Of a stretch of DNA of 64,000 nucleotides, positions 55,710 through 64,000 are shown one piece after another (position 1 is the stretch's first letter; every line of letters starts with the position of its first letter). Below the pieces are notes generated by a model. The model saw nothing but the letters and a program-made list of their open reading frames with translations, had not been told where the DNA came from and made no database searches. The DNA lies in assembly GCA_964534365.1 (NCBI GenBank), contig CAZHOI010000003.1, forward strand, positions 4,310-68,309, given 5' to 3'. Made by a program: the position numbers and the translations under genes. Origin of the DNA: an uncultured Candidatus Saccharibacteria bacterium. GTDB taxonomy: Bacteria > Patescibacteriota > Minisyncoccia > Phycocordibacterales > SW-6-46-9.

Positions 55710-57074
55710 CTAATCTATTTTTTGAATTATCTCCACTGCATGAATGAGGCGATTAATAGATTCTTCTTTGCCCAAAATTACCAGCAGACTAATTGGATCA
55801 GGCGATCGCTCGACTCCAGATAAAGCGTACCGTAATGGCCACAATACATCACCTTTACCATTATTCTCGGCATATGGCCAAATCGCTTCTTTTAAATATT
55901 CATATTGCCAATTATCAGCTGGCGAGAATGATTGCAAAGTCTCAAGCTCCCATTTTAAATGATTGGTAGTAGCAGCGACGTCACTTTTTCGCCATACCAG
56001 ATCTTGGGCAAAATAACCAGGTTTATCAAAGAAATATTCCAGTTCCCCAGCTTCAGCCATTGCGATTATTTCCGAATAAACTGAAACTCTTTCTCGTAGT
56101 TCGGGCACTAACCTAGCCAGACGTTCGTCACTATATTGAGGCAAAGATTTGATTTCATTTGGCAAATATTCCTGAATACCAGTAAAAAACACGGCGTCCG
56201 ACAATTTTAATAGATGTTGTTTATTAACCCATTTAAGTTTTTCCTTGGAAAATATCGCGCCCGATTTTTGCACTGACTCCAAATCAAATTCCGCCATAAG
56301 CTCTTCTGGGGTAAAAATCTCTCTCTCTTGACCATCTCCGGGATGCCAACCCAGCAACATTAAATAATTAAACACCGCATTTGGCAGATAGCCTTCTTGG
56401 ATAAGTTCCTGCAAGGTAGTTGATCCGTGACGTTTAGATAGTTTGGCTTTATCAGGACCTAATACCATTGGAAGATGCGCATAAATTGGTGTTGCAGCAG
56501 CGATAGGCTCTTGAATCAGGATTTGTCTAGGTGTGTTAGATATGTGATCATCGCCTCTTATGACGTGTGTTACCCCCATTTCATAATCATCAATTACAAC
56601 AGCAAAATGATAAATTGGTTCGTCCAAGGATTTAGCGATTACAAAATCCCCCAAATCACTAGTATCGACAACTACTTCGCCCCTGATCAGATCATTAAAC
56701 TTAACTATTTTGCCTGGATTTTTTAACCTGATAACTTCATCACGCTGACTTGCCTCGGTAGGCTGTTCTTGCGATACGTAGGCACTGCCGTCTTTGATCA
56801 GACGCTCGAGATATGATCGATATACGTGCGAGCGCTCGCTTTGTCTTTGAGGTGATTGAAAGTCTTTTATTCCTAGCCACGATAGGCCTTCAATAACATA
56901 TTTTTCATAATCTTTTTTAGATCGAGCTTGATCGGTATCTTCAAATCGGACTACCATTTCGCCATTATTTTGTTTGGCAAAAATGTAATTAAATAACATT
57001 GTTCGTATATTGCCCAAATGCACTGGTCCCGTAGGACTTGGTGGAAAACGCGTAATTACATTATTACTATTCAT
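55710..57074 (-). CDS. gltX: Glutamyl-tRNA synthetase
   Basis: HIGH motif PTGPVHLGN and KMSKS-like KLSKR. Confidence 0.92.
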   Translation of the reverse strand: MNSNNVITRFPPSPTGPVHLGNIRTMLFNYIFAKQNNGEMVVRFEDTDQARSKKDYEKYVIEGLSWLGIKDFQSPQRQSERSHVYRSYLERLIKDGSAYVSQEQPTEASQRDEVIRLKNPGKIVKFNDLIRGEVVVDTSDLGDFVIAKSLDEPIYHFAVVIDDYEMGVTHVIRGDDHISNTPRQILIQEPIAAATPIYAHLPMVLGPDKAKLSKRHGSTTLQELIQEGYLPNAVFNYLMLLGWHPGDGQEREIFTPEELMAEFDLESVQKSGAIFSKEKLKWVNKQHLLKLSDAVFFTGIQEYLPNEIKSLPQYSDERLARLVPELRERVSVYSEIIAMAEAGELEYFFDKPGYFAQDLVWRKSDVAATTNHLKWELETLQSFSPADNWQYEYLKEAIWPYAENNGKGDVLWPLRYALSGVERSPDPISLLVILGKEESINRLIHAVEIIQKID

Positions 57075-57075
57075 A

Positions 57076-58209
57076 TTAATTGTTTACAGAACTAAGCTGC
57101 AGTATTTCATTGGCTATTTTACCAGCTGCATCCGTGGGTGAGAACTTTATCGCCTTGGATTTCATTGCTTGATATTTTTGCTTGTCGTCCAAAAGCTTGG
57201 TTACCATGTTTGTTAGCACTGCTGGGGCTAGATTAGACTCTTCTACAACAATACCGGCTCCTGCATCCTGATATGCATACGCATTCAAGCGCTGATGATC
57301 ATTAACCGAATTATTAATTGGAATTACAATTGCCGGAACTTGACCTACGGCTGCTATTTCAAACAACCCCCCTGCCCCAGCCCGCGTTATGACTATATCA
57401 GCAGCCCCCAAAGCCCTTGCCATAGCTAGTTGATTCATTTTGCCAAACAAATGATATTTAGTTCGCTGATCATCATTCAGCAAGGTTTCGGTTGCTAATT
57501 TCATCTGATTAAAGTGTGTTTCCCCCACCTGGTGGATAACGTGAAAATCTTGCAACAGAACATTCAAGCCGCCTAAAACCACCTGGTTAATAGCGTTGGA
57601 TCCCTGCGATCCGCCTAAAATTAAAATCACTCCTGATTCGTCAGGAATACGCAAAAATTCACGACCACCAATTTTAGAGCCTTCAATTAACCCCTGCCGA
57701 ATCGGATTACCAACTACCGCCACATGATCATTTTCAATAAATTCAGCTGCCTCTGGCCAGGCTAGCGCGACCCGTTTTGCCCATTTAGACGTAATCAAGC
57801 TAACTCGTCCGGGTCTGATATCAGAATCGTGAATTAAAAGCGGTATTTTCAAGATCTTGCCAGCTATGGCAACTGGTAGTGCCGCATAACCGCCTTTGGA
57901 AAATATTACATCAGGATAGTAATAAAGCAGCTTGACCATGGCTTGAATAAAACCAAAAAGAAGTTTAAAAGGATCGACCAAGTTTTTAAAGGATAAATAA
58001 TTCCGCCATTTACCAGAAAATATCCGAGAGAATCGTGCATCAATCTGCGCGAGGGATTGTTCATCATATTTATCAGGACCAAAATAAATTAAATCAACTA
58101 TGTCGCTCTGCTGATTTAATTCTTCACCGACTGCTATCAAGGGATAGAAATGCCCTCCAGTACCGTGACCCACCAGCCCGATCTTGATTTTTTCTTTATC
58201 ATTCACCAT
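57076..58209 (-). CDS. murG: UDP-GlcNAc:lipid I N-acetylglucosaminyltransferase
   Basis: GHGTGGHFYP N-terminal motif and GT28 C-terminal domain. Confidence 0.9.
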   Translation of the reverse strand: MVNDKEKIKIGLVGHGTGGHFYPLIAVGEELNQQSDIVDLIYFGPDKYDEQSLAQIDARFSRIFSGKWRNYLSFKNLVDPFKLLFGFIQAMVKLLYYYPDVIFSKGGYAALPVAIAGKILKIPLLIHDSDIRPGRVSLITSKWAKRVALAWPEAAEFIENDHVAVVGNPIRQGLIEGSKIGGREFLRIPDESGVILILGGSQGSNAINQVVLGGLNVLLQDFHVIHQVGETHFNQMKLATETLLNDDQRTKYHLFGKMNQLAMARALGAADIVITRAGAGGLFEIAAVGQVPAIVIPINNSVNDHQRLNAYAYQDAGAGIVVEESNLAPAVLTNMVTKLLDDKQKYQAMKSKAIKFSPTDAAGKIANEILQLSSVNN

Positions 58210-58226
58210 TTCAATTATAACCGATG

Positions 58227-59369
58227 CTAAGCGATTCGCTTTGATTTGGGTAATTTGGTAGAGGCGTTTAAAACTAAACCAACTGCTACTAAAGAAAACA
58301 TCAACGCACTACCGCCATGCGATACAAAAATTAAAGGCATTCCCGATAACGGAAACAGTCCAACCATAGCGCCCATATTGAGGACGGATTGAATAATTAT
58401 CATCGAAACCAGCCCGACCACCAGCAGTCTTTCAAATCCAGACCGTAGGTAGAGCGCTATACGTAAACCGGTTAGCGCAATTACCGCATAAAGAATTACC
58501 AGCAGTAATGAACCCAAAAAGCCAAATTCTTCCGCGTATACCGCAAAAATTGAGTCACTGATTGGTTCGGGAAGATAATTGAATTTCTGAATTGATTGCC
58601 CTGGACCGCGGCCGAATAATTTACCAGAACCTACCGCAATTAGCGATTGTTGAGTTTGATATCCCGCACCCAGCGGGTCGCTAGTAGGATTTATAAAAGT
58701 AGTCAAACGATCTTTAATATATGGGCGAGTAAAAGCCAAGGCCGATAATAATATGATTCCAGCCAACATCATGACGAGGATATGCTGCCAACGTCCCCCG
58801 GCTACTAAATATATACTTCCCACCGCTGCAATTATGATTACTGCACTACCTGTATCCGGCTGCAATAGCAAAACAAGACACGAACTGGCTAGAATTCCGA
58901 TCAACCCCCCTACCCCCAAACGCCAACTACGGACCTGATACTTCAAAAAGCTAAACCACGAAGCCGCTACTAAAACCGTACTGATTTTTAATAATTCAGC
59001 GGGTTGAAGTGTCAAAACCCCCAGATCTAACCATCTGGTAGCGCCCCCATAACTAAAGCCAAGGCCCGGTATAAATACTGCTAAAGTTAATGCAAGTGAT
59101 AAAATGAACAGTGGTACAGCCATTTCCTTTAGTTTAAGAGTAGGAATTCGATAGGCTATATAAGCAAATAACGAGCCGCCAATCAGTCCAAAAACCGCCT
59201 GGTTAATTATTAATTTAGCCAAGGAACCAGTTTCCCTAGCCTGCAATCCTAATCCAGCTGATAAAAATATTAAAAAACCAATTATGGTAACAATTGACAC
59301 TGATATAAAGAAAGGCTTGTCAAATTGAGATTTCTGCCAATAATTTAATATGCTATTTTTCTTTGTCAT
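58227..59369 (-). CDS. ftsW: SEDS-family peptidoglycan glycosyltransferase FtsW/RodA
   Basis: About 10 TM segments and the SEDS pattern, located between mraY and murG. Confidence 0.85.
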   Translation of the reverse strand: MTKKNSILNYWQKSQFDKPFFISVSIVTIIGFLIFLSAGLGLQARETGSLAKLIINQAVFGLIGGSLFAYIAYRIPTLKLKEMAVPLFILSLALTLAVFIPGLGFSYGGATRWLDLGVLTLQPAELLKISTVLVAASWFSFLKYQVRSWRLGVGGLIGILASSCLVLLLQPDTGSAVIIIAAVGSIYLVAGGRWQHILVMMLAGIILLSALAFTRPYIKDRLTTFINPTSDPLGAGYQTQQSLIAVGSGKLFGRGPGQSIQKFNYLPEPISDSIFAVYAEEFGFLGSLLLVILYAVIALTGLRIALYLRSGFERLLVVGLVSMIIIQSVLNMGAMVGLFPLSGMPLIFVSHGGSALMFSLVAVGLVLNASTKLPKSKRIA

Positions 59370-59373
59370 TTTG

Positions 59374-60441
59374 TTAACCTATTAGAGCTAGAACTAATCC
59401 CGCCAAAGCGCATATAACTGAAACTATCCAATACTTCATGGTAATTTGATAACTTGGAACACCCAAAGCTTCAAAGTGGTGATGAATTGGAGTTATTAAC
59501 CATAATTTTTTGCCAAAGAGTTTACGCCACGATAGTTGAAGTATGTTAGATAATGGCGTGATGACAAGAGGCATTGCGATTATAGGCAGCAAAAGTACCT
59601 GGTCGGTCAAAAACGCAATGGTAGTCAAACACATGGTCAAAGCCATTGTGCCCGTTTCAGTCATATAATAACGAGCTGGTGGCAAGTTAAACCACAAGAA
59701 AGCCAAGATCGAGCCCGTTATCACAAAGCACAAGGTAGCAATATTTAATTGATCCTGAACTAAGGCTATCGCCCCGTAGCTGGCAAATATTGAGGCAAAA
59801 ACCCCACCTGATAGACCGTCAATTCCATCAATAATGCCCCCAGAATAGACCGCAAGCATCGTAATTATAAAAAATGGTATCAATAATATACCTAAATTCA
59901 GATCACCTAAAAAAGGTACAAAAACATCACTAACATCCAGCCGAGTGTAAAACCAATAACCAGATAATCCACCAAATATGCCGACTAAAGCTAGACGACT
60001 TTTTAATGATAAGCCTCCGACCACTGACTTTTCTGATCCAACCACTTCCAAATAGTCATCTATTAGCCCAATTGTCGCTCCAAATAACAAAGCAAACAAC
60101 GGTATCCAAGTCTGACTGCGGGAAATGAAATCCAGTCGCGACAACAATTCATTGGAAGGTAAAATTTGTGACAATACCCATAAAATTAGTGCCACTACTA
60201 TCGTGCTTGACCAAATTACCACCCCACCCATCCGCGGAGCTGACAATTCTTTTTCATGATGTAATTTTTTAAATATTTCAGCCGGTCGCCCATCAACCGT
60301 TAGTGATTTAGAGTCTTTTTTCCACATTTTATTATCAACCAAAACCTTCAACCAAGCTGGTGCGAACAAAAGTCCAGCAGTAAAAGAAAAAATTGTGGGC
60401 AAAAATACTTTTACAATTGTAACACTAGTAATCGATAACAT
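59374..60441 (-). CDS. mraY: Phospho-N-acetylmuramoyl-pentapeptide transferase
   Basis: PRMGGVVIW and a multi-TM body. Confidence 0.92.
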   Translation of the reverse strand: MLSITSVTIVKVFLPTIFSFTAGLLFAPAWLKVLVDNKMWKKDSKSLTVDGRPAEIFKKLHHEKELSAPRMGGVVIWSSTIVVALILWVLSQILPSNELLSRLDFISRSQTWIPLFALLFGATIGLIDDYLEVVGSEKSVVGGLSLKSRLALVGIFGGLSGYWFYTRLDVSDVFVPFLGDLNLGILLIPFFIITMLAVYSGGIIDGIDGLSGGVFASIFASYGAIALVQDQLNIATLCFVITGSILAFLWFNLPPARYYMTETGTMALTMCLTTIAFLTDQVLLLPIIAMPLVITPLSNILQLSWRKLFGKKLWLITPIHHHFEALGVPSYQITMKYWIVSVICALAGLVLALIG

Positions 60442-60442
60442 A

Positions 60443-61366
60443 TTAAATATTAGTTAAGTTCTCTACGTAATTATATAACTTTTGGACGTCATTAAATCTT
60501 TGTTCATAGGTTGAACCTAGAACCACTATATAAATTGGTCTGGCTGGTCCAACGCTGGCACTAATAGCCAGATTGCCTCCGGAAACAAAGGTAAATCCTG
60601 TTTTGGCACTGCCTATGTGAGGTAGTGAATTGGCAAGTTTATTAGTAGAGTTTGCCTGGTGAGTAGTAAGGTTGGTGGTGAAACTATTTGAAGCATCTCC
60701 TGATGACCGAGCCAAATCAGAATAATTTTCCTCAAAATAAATAAGTAGTTTTACAATATCTAAACTACTGGCGTAATTACTGGCCACCCTCCCATCAATT
60801 GTATCTAATCCGGTTGCATTATCCCATCTAGCATCACTAGACATACCAATTTCGTCAGCGGTTTGTGCCATTAAATCACTGAAAGGCTGCCAGACTGAAT
60901 TGGTAGTAGTTCGAGCAATGGCGCTGGCTGCATCGTTAGAGGAATTTAAAAGCATAAATTTTATCAACTGATCTAGCTGCCATACCTCCCCTATTATTAA
61001 ACCGGCATTGCCTTCGGTGTCCAAATCAGCAGCAACAATTCTAACTGATGAATTTTTATCAAGATGTTGCAAACTGGTAATAGCGGTTAATACCTTTGAA
61101 ACTGAGGCTACAGGATAAGCGACCGTGGCATCTTTGGCGTACAAAACCTGATTAGTTAATTGGTCAAATACCAGGGCGTGTTTAGCATTAATTACTGGTG
61201 GTTGTGCTTGTTGATGTACCTTTGTTTGATTAATAGTATTTTTATTCAACACCACCTCTTCTTGTTTGGCAAGAGTAGTAATAATTAGAAGTAAAATAGC
61301 CAGAATCAACGCAAAAAATAGCCAGTAATTTTTATTAATAGCTAATGACTGATATTTTTTAATCAT
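60443..61366 (-). CDS. D-alanyl-D-alanine carboxypeptidase (S11-like serine peptidase)
   Basis: N-terminal TM. SxxK motif ASVSK. An SGN-like motif LNSSND. Confidence 0.7.
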   Translation of the reverse strand: MIKKYQSLAINKNYWLFFALILAILLLIITTLAKQEEVVLNKNTINQTKVHQQAQPPVINAKHALVFDQLTNQVLYAKDATVAYPVASVSKVLTAITSLQHLDKNSSVRIVAADLDTEGNAGLIIGEVWQLDQLIKFMLLNSSNDAASAIARTTTNSVWQPFSDLMAQTADEIGMSSDARWDNATGLDTIDGRVASNYASSLDIVKLLIYFEENYSDLARSSGDASNSFTTNLTTHQANSTNKLANSLPHIGSAKTGFTFVSGGNLAISASVGPARPIYIVVLGSTYEQRFNDVQKLYNYVENLTNI

Positions 61367-61880
61367 CAGACTGTTCTACCAAATCACTTAGTTTCATTTT
61401 AATGACATCCTTGTCTGCTAAAGAGTCGTCTCCTAAAATTCCTAATTGTTTTTTAGCCTCGGCACTCAGCCATAACTTATCATCAATTCTATCTATATAA
61501 CCACGGCGAATTAATTTCTTTATTGTTCTGGCAGATTTAACGCCTCTGATTTTATCCACCTGGACATCACTTAAGCCCTCTAGATAAGCAACTACCGATA
61601 ATGTCTCCATTACTGCGGGTGTAAAAGTAGACTCTTGTTTGGCAGTGTCTAGTTTTTGAATTAATTCCTCGTCTTCGATGTGAGCAACAAGCTGAACCTC
61701 TTGCTGGGATAACACTATCCTTAAACCACGATTTTCATACTCGTTAATTAACTCCTCAATAGTAGATTTGATCTTCTCTGGATTCTTGGTAGTTAAGCTA
61801 GCTATTTTTTTTATCGTAATTGGTTCGTTATAGAAAAAAAGTAAAGCTTCAATTTGATATTTAAGTTTGTTAGATGCCAT
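61359..61880 (-). CDS. scpB: Segregation and condensation protein B
   Basis: Tandem winged-helix pattern (IEALLFFYNEPITIKKIASLT). Confidence 0.85.
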   Translation of the reverse strand: MASNKLKYQIEALLFFYNEPITIKKIASLTTKNPEKIKSTIEELINEYENRGLRIVLSQQEVQLVAHIEDEELIQKLDTAKQESTFTPAVMETLSVVAYLEGLSDVQVDKIRGVKSARTIKKLIRRGYIDRIDDKLWLSAEAKKQLGILGDDSLADKDVIKMKLSDLVEQSDD

Positions 61881-62628
61881 ATCTTGGAGTAGTTATTGTT
61901 CCATATTGTAACATCTTGTCGCCGTTATCATCATCGCGTAATGAAATGACATTTTGTTTTAGCAACTCTAGTAGCGCAATAAAATGAACTACTTTATCTT
62001 GTGAAGGCATATCGGCAGGTATGATGCTATCCAGATCAGCTTCACCCAAAGTAAGTAATCGTCTCTCGATTGTATCAATAGTAGTTTTCAAGTTAGCTAA
62101 TTTTTTAACTGCCACTTTGGCAAATGTTTCTTCTCGGGGATCGTCCTCACACAATTGTATTGCCAGGTTTTTTAATGCTTTAGTATTTACATTTGTGGCT
62201 GGAACAAAACCAGATGGAACTGATGTCGGTTTTTCAATAGCACTCAGTAGAAAGTCATTATCAATACTGATTGATTCGACCACCTGCGACAAGACCTCCA
62301 CCCGTTGCAAATCTGCCTCGAATCTAGCAATCGTTTCCTCGTCATCAGTTCCCAATACCTCTTTAGGTAAAAGGGCTTTGGTTTTAATTAATAATAATAC
62401 TGACATCACTCGTACAAAATCTGATAATTCCGCCATATCTTCTTCGCGAGAATCTAGGTAGGTTGAAAAATCATCAACAATTTGAACCAAATTGACATCC
62501 GATACGTGCAATTTACGTTTTCGTAACAGGAAAATAACAGTCTCTAGAGGGCCTTGATATTTTTCCTGTTGAACTTTAAAGCTATCCTTGGTCATTCTCT
62601 TTTTTGCTAATTTCAAGACCCAGTTCAT
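61870..62628 (-). CDS. scpA: Segregation and condensation protein A (kleisin)
   Basis: Overlaps scpB. ScpA-like helical protein. Confidence 0.75.
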   Translation of the reverse strand: MNWVLKLAKKRMTKDSFKVQQEKYQGPLETVIFLLRKRKLHVSDVNLVQIVDDFSTYLDSREEDMAELSDFVRVMSVLLLIKTKALLPKEVLGTDDEETIARFEADLQRVEVLSQVVESISIDNDFLLSAIEKPTSVPSGFVPATNVNTKALKNLAIQLCEDDPREETFAKVAVKKLANLKTTIDTIERRLLTLGEADLDSIIPADMPSQDKVVHFIALLELLKQNVISLRDDDNGDKMLQYGTITTPRYGI

Positions 62629-63961
62629 TTAATTGAGATTGATTGATTGAGGCTGGCGATTCCATCATCGGGTCTCTTCCCTCTCCTGTTTTAGGAAAAG
62701 CAATCACTTCACGAATATTTGGTTCGCTCATCAGCAATGAAACTAATCGATCAAGCCCCCAGGCTATTCCACCGTGAGGAGGCGTTCCTTGTTCAAAAGC
62801 TGCTAACATATGCCTAAAGTCTTTATTAATTGTATCTTCATCAAGTCCAATTATTTCTAGAACTGCCTTTAGCTCCACAACGTTATGAGCACGAATTGAA
62901 CCGCCGCCGATCTCGTAACCATTTAAAACAATGTCATATTGAGTCGTCTTTATATCAGCTATGTTTTTTTTACTTAGTAAATCTTCTTTATGCTCTGAAA
63001 CGGGGCTAGAAAAAGGATTATGGGTAAAAGTCCATTCGGCACCATCAACGACCACGTCATCTGTGCTTGCAGTTTTCTCGAAAAATGGAAAGTCAATAAT
63101 CCAACAAAAAGCTAGTTCATCTGGATCGTCAGTATTTTGACGTAGATCAGGACGATCACTACCATATTTTTCCATAGCTTCCTTATATGACAATCTAGGA
63201 AAAGGCGTTTCTTTAATTTTTTTGTTGGGATACAAGCTTTTCACTAGTTTGATTAATAGTGCTTCGTTTAAAGCCATGACGTCTTCACGATCAACAAAAC
63301 TCATTTCCATATCAAGTTGAGTAAATTCGGGTTGACGATCCTTGCGTGAATCCTCGTCACGCAAACACTTAGCTATTTGGTAATAACGCTCGATCCCGCC
63401 AGCCATTAGCAGCTGTTTATATTGTTGAGGTGACTGAGGTAACGCATAGAAATCGCCTGGATATTGCCTAGAAGGCACAACAAAATCGCGAGCTCCTTCT
63501 GGAGTGGATTTTGTCAATAATGGTGTCTCGACTTCTACAAAATCTTTTTCATTTAAAAACGCGCGAATATAATTAGCGATTCTTGATCTCTCCCTTAAGT
63601 TTCTTTGCAGCCGAGGTCTGCGCATGTCCAAATAACGATATTTCAAACGATGTTCTTCACCAATTTCATACCCATCGGTTGTCACATCAAAAGGTGGGGT
63701 TTTAGATTGGTTTAAAACTTTAATTTCTAGAACTTCAATTTCTAGATCACCATTTAGCTGATCGTCATTAACCATCCGTTCTGGTCGTTGATTAACCTTG
63801 CCTTTTATTTCTACCACCCATTCAGGCCGCAAGTCATTACCAACCTTTAAAGCTTGTTCATGATTAGGCAATACCACGCATTGGACATAGCCACCGCGAT
63901 CCCTTAAATCAAAAAATATTAGTTTGCCATGATCTCGACGATTATCCACCCATCCTTTCAA
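62582..63961 (-). CDS. aspS: Class IIb aminoacyl-tRNA synthetase, archaeal-type aspartyl-tRNA synthetase (possibly non-discriminating); AsnRS not excluded
   Basis: N-terminal OB anticodon-binding fold. Motif 3 region GTPPHGGIAWGLDRLVSLL…IREVIAFPK. 459 aa with no GAD insertion. Confidence 0.8.
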   Translation of the reverse strand: MKGWVDNRRDHGKLIFFDLRDRGGYVQCVVLPNHEQALKVGNDLRPEWVVEIKGKVNQRPERMVNDDQLNGDLEIEVLEIKVLNQSKTPPFDVTTDGYEIGEEHRLKYRYLDMRRPRLQRNLRERSRIANYIRAFLNEKDFVEVETPLLTKSTPEGARDFVVPSRQYPGDFYALPQSPQQYKQLLMAGGIERYYQIAKCLRDEDSRKDRQPEFTQLDMEMSFVDREDVMALNEALLIKLVKSLYPNKKIKETPFPRLSYKEAMEKYGSDRPDLRQNTDDPDELAFCWIIDFPFFEKTASTDDVVVDGAEWTFTHNPFSSPVSEHKEDLLSKKNIADIKTTQYDIVLNGYEIGGGSIRAHNVVELKAVLEIIGLDEDTINKDFRHMLAAFEQGTPPHGGIAWGLDRLVSLLMSEPNIREVIAFPKTGEGRDPMMESPASINQSQLNELGLEISKKENDQG

Positions 63962-64000
63962 TGTAATTTCTTTATCCAGCTGATCGTGTAATTGCGAAGT

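Overview
This is a low-GC (about 35-40% by eye), gene-dense bacterial segment. Its gene content suggests a small-genome Patescibacteria/CPR-like organism: a short 502-aa IF-2, a short 312-aa DnaX, a short archaeal-type class IIb Asp/Asn-tRNA synthetase, a sortase, a type IV pilin, DprA, a peptidoglycan set (murA, murB, murG, ftsW, mraY, DD-carboxypeptidase, M23 peptidase) and no biosynthetic operons. That phylum call is inference only.

The standard genetic code appears to be in use, because the long ORFs are intact with TGA as stop.

Core genes I can support:
- Class I ribonucleotide reductase: nrdB carrying an N-terminal ATP-cone, followed by an nrdA that lacks the cone.
- A glycerate-to-pyruvate module: eno, MOFRL-type glycerate 2-kinase, D-2-hydroxyacid dehydrogenase and pyk.
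- rbfA-infB, an IscS-like cysteine desulfurase, clpB, a nitroreductase, rpmG, trxB-like, miaA, parB, rel, topA, dprA, serS, dus and dnaX.
- A lemA/REC/htpX cluster, a type IV pilin, an ECF sigma factor with a putative anti-sigma partner, and a lexA/small-ORF/umuC cassette.
- gltX, scpB, scpA and aspS.
- Eight tRNA genes: Gln-CTG, Gln-TTG, Leu-TAA, Cys-GCA, Tyr-GTA, Trp-CCA, Leu-CAA and Ser-GGA.

Three accessory patches stand out.
1. Region 323-3060, downstream of tRNA-Gln(CTG), is a cassette-like array of small, same-strand genes. It holds a GNAT pseudogene, a SAM methyltransferase, two small hypothetical genes (one clearly GC-rich) and a convergent C39-like peptidase. Each gene is followed by a copy of a conserved ~50-bp junction element. 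Interspersed are TCACCTATTTT iteron-like tandem repeats and a duplicated tRNA 3' end.
2. An IS200/IS605 element sits beside tRNA-Gln(TTG), followed by a PadR-like gene and small membrane proteins.
3. A roughly 2.8-kb stretch of visibly higher GC lies immediately downstream of tRNA-Tyr and encodes two large hypothetical proteins.

A recurring pattern is that almost every tRNA gene has a partial copy of itself within about 50-250 bp.

No CRISPR array, rRNA gene or recognisable restriction-modification or toxin-antitoxin system was seen.
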